From Amoebidium appalachense (Eukaryota; Protista; Ichthyosporea): 64,000 bases of DNA. The stretch spans positions 4,480,907-4,544,906 of the forward strand of contig CAVNZM010000001.1 of assembly GCA_963693365.1 (NCBI GenBank), in the 5' to 3' direction. Shown one piece after another: positions 23,314 through 55,510 of this stretch (positions are counted from its first letter, which is position 1; every line of letters starts with the position of its first letter). The translations under genes and the position numbers were made by a program. A model generated the notes under the pieces. The model searched no databases. It saw only the letters and a list, made by a program, of their open reading frames with translations, and was not told the DNA's origin.

Positions 23314-23956
23314 GGGGAACCCCAACTAATTGATTTCTCCTTGTAGTCTTTATGGTGTCTCGTAGAGAAAGTAAACCCTGATATATAGTCACCACCCGAC
23401 ATCTATGTACGTGATCATGATATACCGCTGAGGGGATATTCCGAGCAAAACCCCCCCCATACCTGAGACTGGTTCTCTTTGCCTCGAGTAAACAGCGTAA
23501 ACCCCATAACGATATCCGATCATCATACACCGAAACGAACTTCCGACGAAGTGAATATAGACGAAGGCAAAGTGTGCTCAGGTCATGATTATCAAAACCT
23601 CCGTCAGGAAGCAACCACCAGCGCCCTTTATTATTCTTTTTCCACTCCATTCATATTCTTTTACACTCTGGCTATTAGGACAACCCACTTCTGTTTATAT
23701 ACATGACACGTATGTACACTGTTCCGAAGACCAACCCGGCGTAACTATACATTCGATAAGCGGTATAATGGTAGGGATGATGAGCCCTTTAAATAATCGT
23801 ATTTAAGGGGATATCCTAGAATAATACGAGATAATAATACGGTATTAGTCGATGCGGGATGGGCTGCCCCCCGTGAAAGCTCAGTAGATAGTTTTTCTAT
23901 TTTCAGCCGAAACGTTAAAGCTTGCTCATCAACATTCCCGCCACAAGATTTCTCCC

Positions 23957-31357
<7,401 letters not shown>

Positions 31358-32738
31358 ATTTTGGATGAAATAGGGCCAATTGAGCACTGAAGTACCGGCG
31401 CACTCGAACACTATTCAGTGTTTACGACGTGGAAACCCCGAATTAAAAACAGCTGCAGGGGGTCGAACGGGTATACAGAACGCAGATCCAGATTGTACTA
31501 CCTCAAACCTTTTTTGAAAATTCATACGGATCTAAGTAGTGCCTATTTGACCTTCCTCTTCATATGGATCTATAAACCGAGACACAAACTACTAACGTGT
31601 TTGGGTCGTAAGACAATACACAGTTCACATAGATCCTTGATTGACTGAAGTATTGTACTGTTCGCAGCTGCTCGCGCTTTCTCTCACACACATGCGCACC
31701 CACAAGCTCTTTTTTTTTTTTTTCTGCCCTACCGTAGTAAACAATACTTCCCCAATCCCCCGGCTCCTCTTTCTGACCTTTTCAAACACAGCACCAGTTT
31801 TTTTCCCGAGTTTTTTTCAATCAACCTTGTATGACAGTCGGACGACTTTGCATATGATTGGTTGAAAATGCATCATGACGTCACTGCTCACCTTTCAAGC
31901 CTTGGAAAGACAAGCTGCTTTTCTTAGCACAGCCAGTACATCGCTCACAGCCCTCACTGCACAGAAGTTCGTGCTTGCTTCGAACTTTATGCTTTACATA
32001 TATGTCTTATACCGCACTTGTATATATTTTGCTACACATACCCTTACGGAATATATGCTGCACCTGCACCTATCATTGGTACGCACGCGTCAGTGCGGCG
32101 CCACTGTTGCCACTGTCAGCGGGGCCATGGCCATATATGGGCCCCTAGACCACCGGATCGTCACGCTGCAGCTACATATGTGCTCGGAGTCGCACACTCA
32201 CACGCAGACATGCAAATAGCATGAAATAGAAACACAGATACCCGCAATGGCGGGGGTAAATTGGATAAATATTGTTGCTTTTGTTTGTTTACTTGTACGG
32301 CGAAAGCAAGCGCTACCTGCAGCAAGAGTGTGCAAGTGACCAGCCTCATAATGGACAGATCTGGAGTGGCATGCGGATCTGCATTCTTTTCAATTCGAAT
32401 TGCTAAACCTGTTGTTAATTGGATGGATATGCAGCACGAATCTGTACATCTACCAATCATATACGCCTAAATGTTTCTTTCGCTGAGCCAGATGCGCTCT
32501 CCACCAACCGGATTGTTTTTTCAAACAGCCTGAGCCTCGCATATAAACCGGCCAACAACATGCACCACTCCAGCGACACGGTGAGTAGCCTAAAGCACCA
32601 TTTTAGAACAGTAAACTTTACAAGTAGCTAAAAGGTTAACACCTTGAGTTACCGTGCATTTGAGGGCAGCTAATATTAGTTAGCTTCCAGAACGCGCGCA
32701 CCAACTGTTGTATTTGGCTACCTTGACCTCTGCGCAAA

Positions 32739-33536
32739 ATGGACATTACCTTTGATTGCACCGAAAAAGGCGCCCTGGCTAAGGGTGGAAGCACCGGGGT
32801 TGATAGCTGTGCAAGCAGTAACAATGCATGCGCCAACGGTGTAACAGTTACAGTTGACCCGGCTCTGGTGGCTGCTGTTGTGAGCGCACTGCGCAACCAG
32901 AATGTCTACCAACCCCCAACCCCTGTGCGTGTGCACGACAACACCGCAGACGGAACAGCCTTTGGCCTCGTTTCCTTCGGCATGGCTGTGTTGATGGTTG
33001 CATTTGCAAAGATGGGCATTATCGAGCCCGAATCATCTTCTCTTCTTACCTGCTGGGGGTTTTTCATCGGTGGGTTTGGCCAGTTCTCTTCCGGTCTCGT
33101 GGCACAAAAGCGGGGTGATTCGTTTGGTGCGTTGGCGTTTGTTCTGTTCGGGTGCTCGTGCATGGCACAGGGAGCATATGACGTATTGACGGCCAGCAAA
33201 GTCATCCCTGCTGCTGGTCCCATGGGCATTATGGCTAAGGCCTTCATCTGGATGGTATTTGCAATCATGCTCGGCACCCTCTCACTTCGCATTTCATGGT
33301 GGAACGTCGGTATTCTTTCGAACGTGACGTGCCTTTTCCTCACGGAGGCAATTGGGGCTGCTACAGGTATCAACGGATTTAACGTTGCCTCTGGTGTGTT
33401 TGCTCTTGGTGCTGGTCTTCTTGCATTCAGTGCGGGCTTCTTCCTCACGTTCAACAACATGTGGGGTCGTGAGGTGTTCAATTTGGGTTTTTACAGGCCC
33501 GTCCCAACATCACTGTGTGCAGAAAAACAGTGCTAA
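32739..33536 (+). CDS. GPR1/FUN34/YaaH (SatP/Ady2) acetate-uptake family transporter, intronless
   Basis: 265-aa ORF with about six hydrophobic helices; ADGTAFGLVSFG and GGFGQFSSGL..KRGDSFGALAF match the family pattern. Confidence 0.88.
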   Translation: MDITFDCTEKGALAKGGSTGVDSCASSNNACANGVTVTVDPALVAAVVSALRNQNVYQPPTPVRVHDNTADGTAFGLVSFGMAVLMVAFAKMGIIEPESSSLLTCWGFFIGGFGQFSSGLVAQKRGDSFGALAFVLFGCSCMAQGAYDVLTASKVIPAAGPMGIMAKAFIWMVFAIMLGTLSLRISWWNVGILSNVTCLFLTEAIGAATGINGFNVASGVFALGAGLLAFSAGFFLTFNNMWGREVFNLGFYRPVPTSLCAEKQC

Positions 33537-33867
33537 AAGCCGAAAATAAGGCCTGGCCAGGTGCAGCAGCTGCAGATGTAGGCGTAACTCAGTGTAAATT
33601 TTCTAGGATTTCGGTTAGTTTGTAATGGCAGCCTGTTCAAGAGGACACTTATGATACAGAGTTAAAAATTAAATTTAGGAACGGTTCTAGAGGCAGAGAC
33701 AAAACGATCGCGAGTAACTTGGTTTAGATCTAGATGTCAAAAGGCACTGGTAACAGAGCATCATTTGTTGATAAAAAGTTCACAATAACCTGGAAAATGT
33801 GCTGAGAGCCTTGGGGGGAGAGAGCGGAAGGCTAGGGTACCAGTGGGGTGGGGGTGGGGTGTTGGGG

Positions 33868-33904
<37 letters not shown>

Positions 33905-34333
33905 GGAAGGGGGGGGGGGGGGGAAGGGGGGGGGGGGGGGGGGGGGGGGAGGTCATAAGCTTTCGAATTCCTCCAAATGTTTGGCACGGCAGCTGGTCTG
34001 AGTGCTCACGTCGTCGGTAACGTTTGATACAATTGGATGACAAACAAACCAGTTATATGGTTTTGCATTTTGAAGAGAGTGGTGTGTACAGTATTGCACT
34101 TATGGGGGGGGGGGGGGGGGGGGGGAAGAAGAAGGTGGGGGGGGAGGGGGGGGGGGGGGGGGGGCAGGGGAGGGGAAGGAGTGGGGGGAGGGGTGGGGGG
34201 AGGTGGAGTGGGGTGCGCGTTTTTTTTTTTTTTTTGGGGGGGGGGGGGGGGGGGGAGGATTAAGGAGGGGGGGGGGGGGGGGGGGGGATCATATGTACAT
34301 AGGCTTTCTCTTAATGTGCAAGTCACCGTTAAC

Positions 34334-34532
34334 TTTTTTTTTATTTTATCCCGTTTTGTTCCCGGAGGTACCCCTAGGGGCCCTCAGGGGGAACTACCGT
34401 CTTCTACCCAGCACCGACAGGTCTCTAGCTAGGGTGCTACGATGCTATTAGCTAAAACTAACACACCTATAACAGTCCTAACTATATGTACACACTTTGC
34501 CCAGGGTATCAACCCCAGCCACGCCGGTGGGT
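34334..34532 (-). mobile_element. Short retroposed insertion (5'-truncated LINE or SINE) with A-rich tail and 17-bp TSD
   Basis: TGCAAGTCACCGTTAAC at 34317..34333 and 34533..34549. The minus strand ends in a GC-rich stem-loop followed by ATAAAATAAAAAAAA. Confidence 0.8.
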
Positions 34533-35555
34533 TGCAAGTCACCGTTAACGGTTAATAACGCATGACAAACAAAAACCAGCGTAGCATTTCTACACGGACA
34601 TACTATTTCCTGCACGGACAAAAGCTCCAAATACACGAGCATGAGTTGCATGGCCACACCAGGTACGTGCATTTGCACCCCAGAGGGCATACACCTAGTA
34701 GTACCTATTATTCACACGCTAGGTGCACCATCCACTAAGCACATTCACGCGCATGTGAACACAAGCACCCATGCACACACACATTATGTACACTCATGCA
34801 CACATGATGGCATACCCGTACACACTGAAGCAGGCTCTTACCCGTGAACGGTAAAGCCAATTATACCCACATCAATTGTACACGGACACGTGCATGTGTT
34901 GCGCGTTGCCAAATGCGCACATGTGCACACTCAACTTTGCACGGTGATATCGATGCCGGCAGAGCTGCAGAGACACTGTGATGCATGCAAGCAAACCCAG
35001 CCTGGCCATGTAAACAAATTAGTGTATCGACTCTACTATAATCCGGAAGAGGAGCCGAACGATCATCAAGTCAGAGTTAACAAGCAAAGTGAGTGAAAGG
35101 AATTTCAAGGCCGGAGAAAGGTGCGGAGCCACGGAACTTATGATAACTCGATCCGAACACTTTACCTGAATCAACATTTCCGATTCAAAAGGCATTACAT
35201 AGCAGCATATGGATCTACAGAGGAAAATTCCTCATTTGTTGCTGCGTAATAACCGTTTACAGGTATAACAACTGATAAAACCAATTTTCTATCAGCCCCG
35301 CCCTCGGAGTCTCCCCCCCCCCCCCCCCTTATTGTGCAGAGAAAAAAATGCTTGAAAAAAAACCCGACCCCCCCCCCCCCCCCCCCCCCCCCCCCACCCA
35401 CCACCACCACCACCACCACCACCACCAGCCACCCACTCCGTGGGACCTCGATAAAGAATACCATATCTTCGAATGTATAATACCAAGTATATGCGACAGC
35501 ATTGCTAAATCACATTCAAAACATAATCGATATTTAGTAAACTATCTTAAAGGCG

Positions 35556-36946
35556 CTACACACAAGCAGGCACATGCACACCCTTTTCTCTCAGTCTCTC
35601 GACAGCCTCCCACGCCACAGGGCTTTCATTGAGCGCAGCCCTTCTAAGCTTTGGAAGAGAGAGAAGGACATCAATCTTTTGGACCCCTGAAGCAAACAGA
35701 CTTACTTTCTTTAAGTCTGCACACACAGACAAACACGAGATGTCCTTCAAACCTCTAACCCAAGACAGACTCAACTTTTTCAGATAACGGCAGGTGCTGA
35801 TGGGTGAAATGTTTCTAATGCCAGTTGAAGTTTCCAGCGAAACTTTCCGCAACGCAACACTTTTTTCCAAGCGTACATATGCTGGTAATGCCCTCCCCGG
35901 GCCCAAAGCATTTCGACACCCGTAGTTTTGTGCACGTGAAAAGGGGGTCGAGAAACGTAGAGGGTGCTGGCGAGTTTTCAGTTACTAGAACCCTGGTGCG
36001 GATGCGAAGGTAAGTGAGATTTGTGCACTCTCCAATAGGGCCTATGTTATCACCGCAAAAACCAGTAACAGACAGAACTTCGAGCTGGGGTGCCGCGTTG
36101 TGAGGGAAAGAAGGTCGGATTCGTGCGCCGTTTCAAGAGTGATTCCCTTGAGGGGGAAGAAAGAATAATCAGTAACGGAGGAAGATGGATGGTAGCGAAG
36201 GGATGTGAGGCAAGTAAGTGCTCTCAACTCGTCTAGGTCACCGGTTTTGAAAGAAAGGGCCTCGAGACGAGTAAGTAAGTTTAGTTGTTTGATGTTTTTG
36301 CTCGTTATGTTGGTTTCCGTGTGAAGGTGTATTAACTGTGTTAGAGCGTGTACGTTTCTGAGTTTTACGCTACTTAAGCTCTCTCGGTCGCGACACAGCT
36401 GCAACCTGGTCAACTCAGCACACACTGAGAGAGGAGAAACATCGATGCTCGTCTCGTCTGTCTCTATGTCTTCGATAGTCAATGCACGAAGTTGGCGTGT
36501 GGAAAAGGAAACGGTGTCGATCATTACCGTGCGCCAATCGTATTCAGCATCCACTTGACCATACAAACGGAGCAAACGAAGGTTTTTGCACCGGTTAAGA
36601 ATAGCCCGAAGGCAGGAGTCCCAGTTGTCGGTTGAGCCCAGAAGATAAACGTTAAAGTCGAGGGAAGTGACGCAACGTTGCCACGTTTTCAGACCGGACA
36701 AGAGTGCTTGTGTTTGCAAAGGGAAATTTTCTGTTGCGGCGTCGAAGGAAGGGAAGAAAGGGAAATGGCAGTGCCAACGTTTTGATAGAATAAAGCGCCT
36801 CCAGTTGTAACAGACACGATAGCATGCCAAGAGGTCGGTGGAGGGAAGAGAGGAGAGAATGTGTGTGAAAGCATCTTTCCTACGAGCAAGAAAGGATCAG
36901 CGGTGATGTGATTGTTATGCTTCGATACCCCTGAGGCTCTCACCAT
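35556..36946 (-). pseudogene. Intronless F-box + leucine-rich-repeat gene with three frameshifts
   Basis: F-box DPFLLVGK/DAFTHILSSLPSTDLLACYRVCYNWRR; LRRs such as CKNLRLLRL, ISPISTCRYLKKLSL, ISCLSVCADLKKVSL. Frame breaks at ~36877, ~36088 and ~35863. Confidence 0.75.
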
Positions 36947-37409
36947 GGTGCACCGGTTAACATCGTTGCAGATTACATGCTCATGCTTGTTAGTTGGTTC
37001 TGGCATCTTGAGTGCGAGAAATGTTTTTGCAGGCAAGACAAACTACATTACAACAAGCTTGTGTGATGGCGTGTGTGCTGAAAGGTGAAATTCTGTGCAT
37101 AGATATGGATGTGGTTTGCTGATTACGGAATTGCAATTGAGATGTCCATGGGAGTTATCCAACCATGCTGCTGTATGTGAGTTGTCAAAAAGAACCCAGG
37201 GAATGTGTTATGCAAACGGACTTCGTTAGCTATCTCCTCACTTCACAACGGTGTATTCCTCTCGCACGCTTCTCGCAATTTGTGTTGTATTGTTGCGGGG
37301 AAGAGCGGGGAAGGCGAAATGTGATATCACGAATTTTGGCGCGCATTTTTCTTCTAGCCAATCAGATCTCGACAGTGGATATTTACACACCCTGGAAACA
37401 ATGGGCTAG

Positions 37410-49147
<11,738 letters not shown>

Positions 49148-49533
49148 CTGAATGTTTCACCAAGGGGATTATTGCATGGGTGAGCGGGTGGGTGGGTGGG
49201 GGGGGGGGACTGGGGAGGAATTCACGGTGTTTAATTAGGCAGCAGAACTTGGGTCGGGTATCTGAGGAGATAACATGCCAGTTTCTTATTCTCTCCCTCG
49301 TGGCTTGGCTAAGCACGAACATCCACAACTACACAAATCCGACATACACCAACCGTCATATTGTGGTCAACTGCTGAAGTAAACGTCTGTGCTTGAATAC
49401 TGTAGCAAAGGTTACAGGACCATGCGGAAAGGATACGGGTATGTGTGCCTTCGGTATGTGTGCAGGTGGCGTGTGTGACTGTCTGAGCAGGTGCTCTTTG
49501 TGTGCTGTGGCTGTGTGCGACTCTCTCTCTCTT

Positions 49534-49621
<88 letters not shown>

Positions 49622-49757
49622 CGTGCGTGCGTGTATGCATGAGTACGTGTGTGGGTGCGTGTGTGCGCATGCAAAAAAAAAAAAGAAGAAAAGGAATGAA
49701 ATAAGGAATGATGTGTGCGTACATACACACACACACACACACGCACACGCACGCACA

Positions 49758-49810
<53 letters not shown>

Positions 49811-49813
49811 CAC

Positions 49814-49948
<135 letters not shown>

Positions 49949-51141
49949 ACACACACACATGCACACTAGTCTCCTTTTTGCGGCTTCCCATGATCCCTGG
50001 CTCCTAAAACTAGTTGCTTCTACACGTATATACTAACCCTCTACTTGAGCCTTTCCCCATATTCGACCGTATCAACACACTGCACATGTACAAGGAAAAC
50101 CCAGATCTTATCCATTTTAGAGTTTTACAATGTGCTGCAAGATCCCTACCCTAGACTTAAACCAGACGACCATGAAATTCCTTGTTGCCGTTAGGCACAC
50201 CTACAGAGAGAGAGTACATGGCATGTGACAATGGTGAGAGGGAGGAAAAGAGGGAAGAGGGGGTTAATGGGTGATAATAGAAACGGAACTGTGGAAGACT
50301 ATATTGCAACTGTATTGAAATATAACAGAGGCCTTCGGAAAACATCTCTTATCTTTGCACAAAAGGGCACACACACCTGTCTGGTCCCCAGCTCCGGGGT
50401 GCTGACCGCCAGGACTCTCGTGCGATGCATCTTGCTATATTAGGGCCACAATGACCTCACTAGCTTACAAATGCGGAGGCCTTATATTTGAGATCTGAGT
50501 TTTAGGTCGAAGATTATGTGGTAAGAAAGGACCAAAGATCAGGCAATCAAACCGGAGAGGTGAGCCGGGTGAACGATGGCATCAGTCACTCCAGCTAGCT
50601 CGAGTGACAGTCAGAGTATTCTCGACGCTGCTAAGTGGCTGGTTCTATAGCGCGTGTTCTGGCGTTATGTTTCCCCGGCACACATACACGGAACAACCGC
50701 ATGCAACCTGATGCATCCGTTGAAAGTCACAGCGTAGGGGCGAGCCGAGACCCATGATCCGCGCAGCCAGTAAATTCATCTATCCAACATCCTCCCATTG
50801 GCTAAGTACGCACCACCCAAAAATGGCAAATCTGCTATCCTCAAGTCCGAGATATCCACGAGATAGCTGCCATGTACTGGTGACACTTAGTATTATGAGG
50901 GAAAAACATGTGCATAGGGCTGAAATAAACTGAAATAAGTATGTAACCCCTAGTTTTTTTTCATGTTTTTTTTTTTTCTTTTACACCAGGCTGTGTTTGT
51001 ACTGCCTCTATTGAATTATTCACAAAAGAACACCACCCAAATGACCATAATATGAGATATCCAAAACACCTGTCCAGGAGGTAGGTGTGAGCTGTGCGTG
51101 TGTGTGTGTGTGTGTGTGTGTATTTGTGTGTGTGTATGATG

Positions 51142-51192
<51 letters not shown>

Positions 51193-51477
51193 TGTTTGTG
51201 GGTGTTGGTGCCAGTGCCGGGTGTGGGTACGTTTGTGTGGCTGTGTGGGCGTGTGTGTGTGTGTGTGTGCGTGCATGTGTGCGTGTGTGTTTGTAGGTGT
51301 GGGTGTGTTTGTTTGCGTGTGGTGTTTGCGTGTGTGTGTGCGTCTAAGCCCCCTCGCCAGACCTCAGTTAGTAATACAAATAGTGAGGTGTGCAACAAGT
51401 TTGGCGTGGGGGAGGAGGGGGGATTGGAATGTGTTCTAGTCACGAAGTTCACATTATTACATTGGACACAATGTTGT

Positions 51478-51531
<54 letters not shown>

Positions 51532-51874
51532 ATGTGTGTGTTGCAAGGGGGGGGGGAAAGAGGCAGTCGGTTGGTTTGCTTTATACCAAATTCGATAGCG
51601 GAGCAGCTTGGGGCAGGTTACTATTCGGTTGCAACCGAAGCAACTACACATTTTAATGATTAAAAGGTGGCGGCTGGGCATCTAGCCCGCACGCCCCCAA
51701 ATTTGAAAAGCATAAAAGAAGGCCATTCCAAGTGAGTCCTCGGCCAGCGAGAAGAAACGTCACATAAATATATCAGAAAAGTGTTCAAGGTATATCCGTG
51801 TGGCCGGTATGCACGGGTTGTGTACAAGCGCTCCCAGCGCGCACTCCACAACCCGCACTCTTAAAGGGTTAAGT

Positions 51875-52441
51875 CTAGTCCCAGCGCTTGACCAGCTGGC
51901 CCACGAACTTCTGCATGTCCTTGGAGCGCATGTTTGCAATCTCAAGCACCTCCTCGTGGTTGGCATCGGGTGCGTGCTTGTCCATCTTGACCTGTATACA
52001 CAAATAATAAAGGTGAGAAGGTGTTTGGACACAATACAGTTAGATGATCAACGACCATGGAAAATGGGTGCCGGTCTACATGTACAGGTGCAGGTGCATC
52101 TCCTTGCACTAGGGGCATACACGAAGCACGGATAGTGGTGTTTTCTACCTTTCTCCATTTCTTCGGCTTTACCATATCAATTTGTGTGTGTGTGTGTGTG
52201 TGTGTGTTTATGCGTGTGTGTTGGGGGGTACCAGGAACGGGGGGGGGGGGGGGGGGGAGGGGGAAAGGGGGGGGAAGTGAAGGTAGGTGGGCTGGGGGGG
52301 CAGGAGGGGGAAGTGGTTTACAGATGAGGGGAGGTGGTGCAGGCATGTGTGTGGGTGTGGTATTGGCTGTTAAGGGCACACAGGGGGCAGAGCTGAGAGA
52401 GGGGCATGTGAGTGTGTGTGTGTATGTGTGTGTGTGTGCGT

Positions 52442-52472
<31 letters not shown>

Positions 52473-52563
52473 GGGGGGATGAGCCATAGAGTATGACAAA
52501 GCAAACTGCAGACCACACAAAGAGTAAGCATGGGGGGTGGGTGGGTAGTTTTTTTTTTGTTTT

Positions 52564-52612
<49 letters not shown>

Positions 52613-53753
52613 TACGGACCATGTTTGTAATGAGGGACAGGCCCAGGACCTTCATGCCGCAGTGGTGGGCCACAATGACCTCGGGCACAGTGCTCATGCC
52701 CACGGCATCACCCCCCCACGAGGCAAGCATCTTGCACTCCGCAACAGTCTCGTACGTGGGCCCAGACAGAAACACGTACACACCCTGTGCAACAAACTGG
52801 GTGGAGGTGGTGGGTTAGACACCGTTCATATGTATAAAAAGAGTGAAGGCGGAGCAATCTGTGTGGTGTGTTCGTGTGTTTGTGTGTGCGAGTGTGTATG
52901 TGTCTGTGTGTGTGTTGGGAGGGAGAGGGAGGGGGGGGGGGAGGGGGGGGGGAGGGGGGGGGGCTAACTGAAATACATGTACAGGGAATGGGAGGGGGGA
53001 ACAGTGGGGAAGGGGGGAGGGGGGGGGGGGAAGGCTCCATCGTCGATGCAGTGGTGAAGTAACAGCGACCTTGGGAGGAAGGGGAGGCGAAGGGGGGTAG
53101 GGGGGAGGGGGGGGCTCCTCTTGAGTGCACGGGAAAGAAAGAAAGGAGGGGCGAAGAGGAGCAGGGGGGGAGCTTTGGTTGCACAGGAAAGAAAATGGGA
53201 CACACGAACGGGGGGGGGGGGGGGGGGGGGGAAGGGGGGAGGGGGGGGGGGGGGGGGGGGGGCATACTTCGCTCATCCCGAGCTCCTTAGCCAGGTTCAT
53301 GGCAAAGTCGACGTTGGAGTAGGCACCGCCCATGGGCAGGAAGCGGGGCCCATAGCGCTCCTCGTTGGGCCCAGCCAGGGCGTGGAAGCCAGCCATGCCC
53401 GGCACGTTGATGTGGTCGTCAATCACCATGATGTGCCCCGTCTTGAACCCCCGGTTAAGACCTGCACAGGGGGGTGTTGGGTTAGTATGGGGCTCATGTA
53501 TGTGTGAACGGGTGTGTGTGCAGGGGGGAGGGGGGGGGGGGGGGACGGGCAAGGCGACGGTAGACCGAGTGATAAATACATCTGTTCCTGTGTCCGTCAT
53601 CACTACCCACTTCAGTGGGGCTGCCAAGAAAGCGAAGTGGGATATCGATATTGAATTCGTGTGGTGGAGGCAGAGAGATCAGTAATGAGTGGAGAAGTTG
53701 TGTGTGCATGCGTGTGGAGCCGAAGACAGGGGGGAGGGGAGGGGGCCGAGGGG

Positions 53754-53785
<32 letters not shown>

Positions 53786-54752
53786 AGTATGAGGGAAGGG
53801 GCTCATGGACGGGAACGCAAATTAGGGAGTTGCTGGTAAGTGTGTGTATGTGTATTGTACAAAGAGGGAAGTATAGGCAACTCACCACCGGCGGCGTTTG
53901 TGACGAGCAGCTTCTTGACGCCCATCATGTGCATGACACGCACAGGCAGGGTGACCTGGTGCAGGTGGTAGCCCTCGTAGAAGTGGAACCGGCCCTGCAT
54001 CACCACGACCTCCTTGCCCTCCAGCTTACCGAACACAAACCGGCCCTTGTGCCCCGCAACTGCACAACGAAAACCATGTAAGTGTCCTACCTCGATGCCA
54101 CTCCGTCTTTCCCTTCACACACACCCTTTCTCCCGATACCCACACTACTTTCAGCTCTCCGCCATGTAACTGTGCACTGCCTGAAGCCAATCCTCTCCCT
54201 CTTCCCCTTCTTGCCCCTCCCTCTCTATTGAACAAAACACTATTTAAGCCCCTTCGACCCTACATATCATCCCCACACGCACGCACCCTCACACACCCAC
54301 CCATCTCCCACCCACCACACCAGCTTCAACCCCTACTCCCTTTCAATTGACGTCTGATGGTGCACCTTACTACTCCGCAGACCTATATTACAGCTCCACG
54401 CTTCGGCCACTCGATGGTCAAATATACATTGTATACCCCCCCCCCCCCCCCCCCCCCCCCCCGACCCACCAACACATACCCCACACGCCTTCTCTGCCGG
54501 CTAAGCCACTAGCATGCACGAGTATATGCACACACCTGTGCTGCGGGGGAAGCCCGGGATTTCCTCATAAGGCAGATGCTGCACGTCGGTGAGTGTGTCG
54601 GCAAGCAAGCCCAGGCCAGACCCGGCAATAATCAGCACCTCGGGCCGGTAGGTGGTCTTGCCCTTGATAACCTCGGCAAGCTGCTGGATCTGCTCGTAGG
54701 AGAACAGCGCCTTGGGCAGGGGCGTCTCGGGAATATCAGTTCCGTGCACCAT
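51875..54752 (-). CDS. PNP: Purine nucleoside phosphorylase (trimeric type), 5 coding exons
   Basis: Exons 54752-54536, 54059-53886, 53461-53268, 52796-52620, 51991-51875. Motifs [58 protein letters not shown]. Confidence 0.96.
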
Positions 54753-55037
54753 TTTCGATATAAGCTGTGTTTACAGGGAGGAAGGAAGAGTCAGCTACAT
54801 GCTTCGGCTTGAGGGAACAGACGACAGGAACTGGTTAAAAGGGAGTGGGGCATGGAGAGGGGGATGTGTGTGGCATACGTGAAGCGGGGTTGAATAAGAA
54901 GAAAACAATACGTAGTTTCTTTGAATAATGATAAGAAGCAGGGCCTGCAGAATTTCACCCCACGGGTGCTGCAGAGTAGAAGATGGGGCGGCAGAAGTAA
55001 GCCATCACAAGTGTTCCGCGAGGGGTGTGTGTGTGTG

Positions 55038-55071
<34 letters not shown>

Positions 55072-55510
55072 GGGGAAGGGGGAAGGGGGGGGGAGGGGGA
55101 TGGTGGGAGGAGAGGGGGGAAGTGCATTTGGAGGGGGGGGGGGGGGAGGGGGGGAGGAGAGGGGGGAAGTGCATTTGGAGAACACAAGCCACGGTCAATA
55201 TAGAAAGTCACGAAGGCAGCTAAGTTGAACATCAGAGAACACGGTCCAGGACACCCAAAAGGTGGCCTCGGGCCCATGAAGAAGATGCACCCAAGTCTGG
55301 AGAACTACCTATGAAAACCATAACCAGGCTCATAGGAAGCTCGTACAGCCTCGTATACAATGCAAGATAAAATCCTCGTACCTTGAAAAAAGGAACTGGC
55401 AAGCGGGGTTGTTGTGTTGATGTGACAGAAACCTTCTTGCTTAAAACGGGAAAAGTTTTGACAGACTTTGGTACAGCTCTTGGTTTATATACCGTGCGGA
55501 GGTCTTGCTT

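Larger units (their letters stand above)
18548..23504 (+). mobile_element. Full-length non-LTR retrotransposon (APE-RT LINE)
   Basis: Two intact ORFs; 9-bp direct repeat CATAACGAT at 18539..18547 and 23505..23513 (TSD); the 3' end coincides with that of the copy at 45037..45621. Confidence 0.92.

Noticed and set aside
23313-23504. Locus-specific 3' transduction making this copy the parent of 45037..45621
   Set aside because: The TSD lies after this segment, so it arrived with the element; parentage cannot be inferred.
23514-23850. Older minus-strand LINE remnant as the insertion target (IRLFKGLIIPTII)
   Set aside because: A single weak motif; it could equally be TLDc 3' UTR or intergenic DNA.
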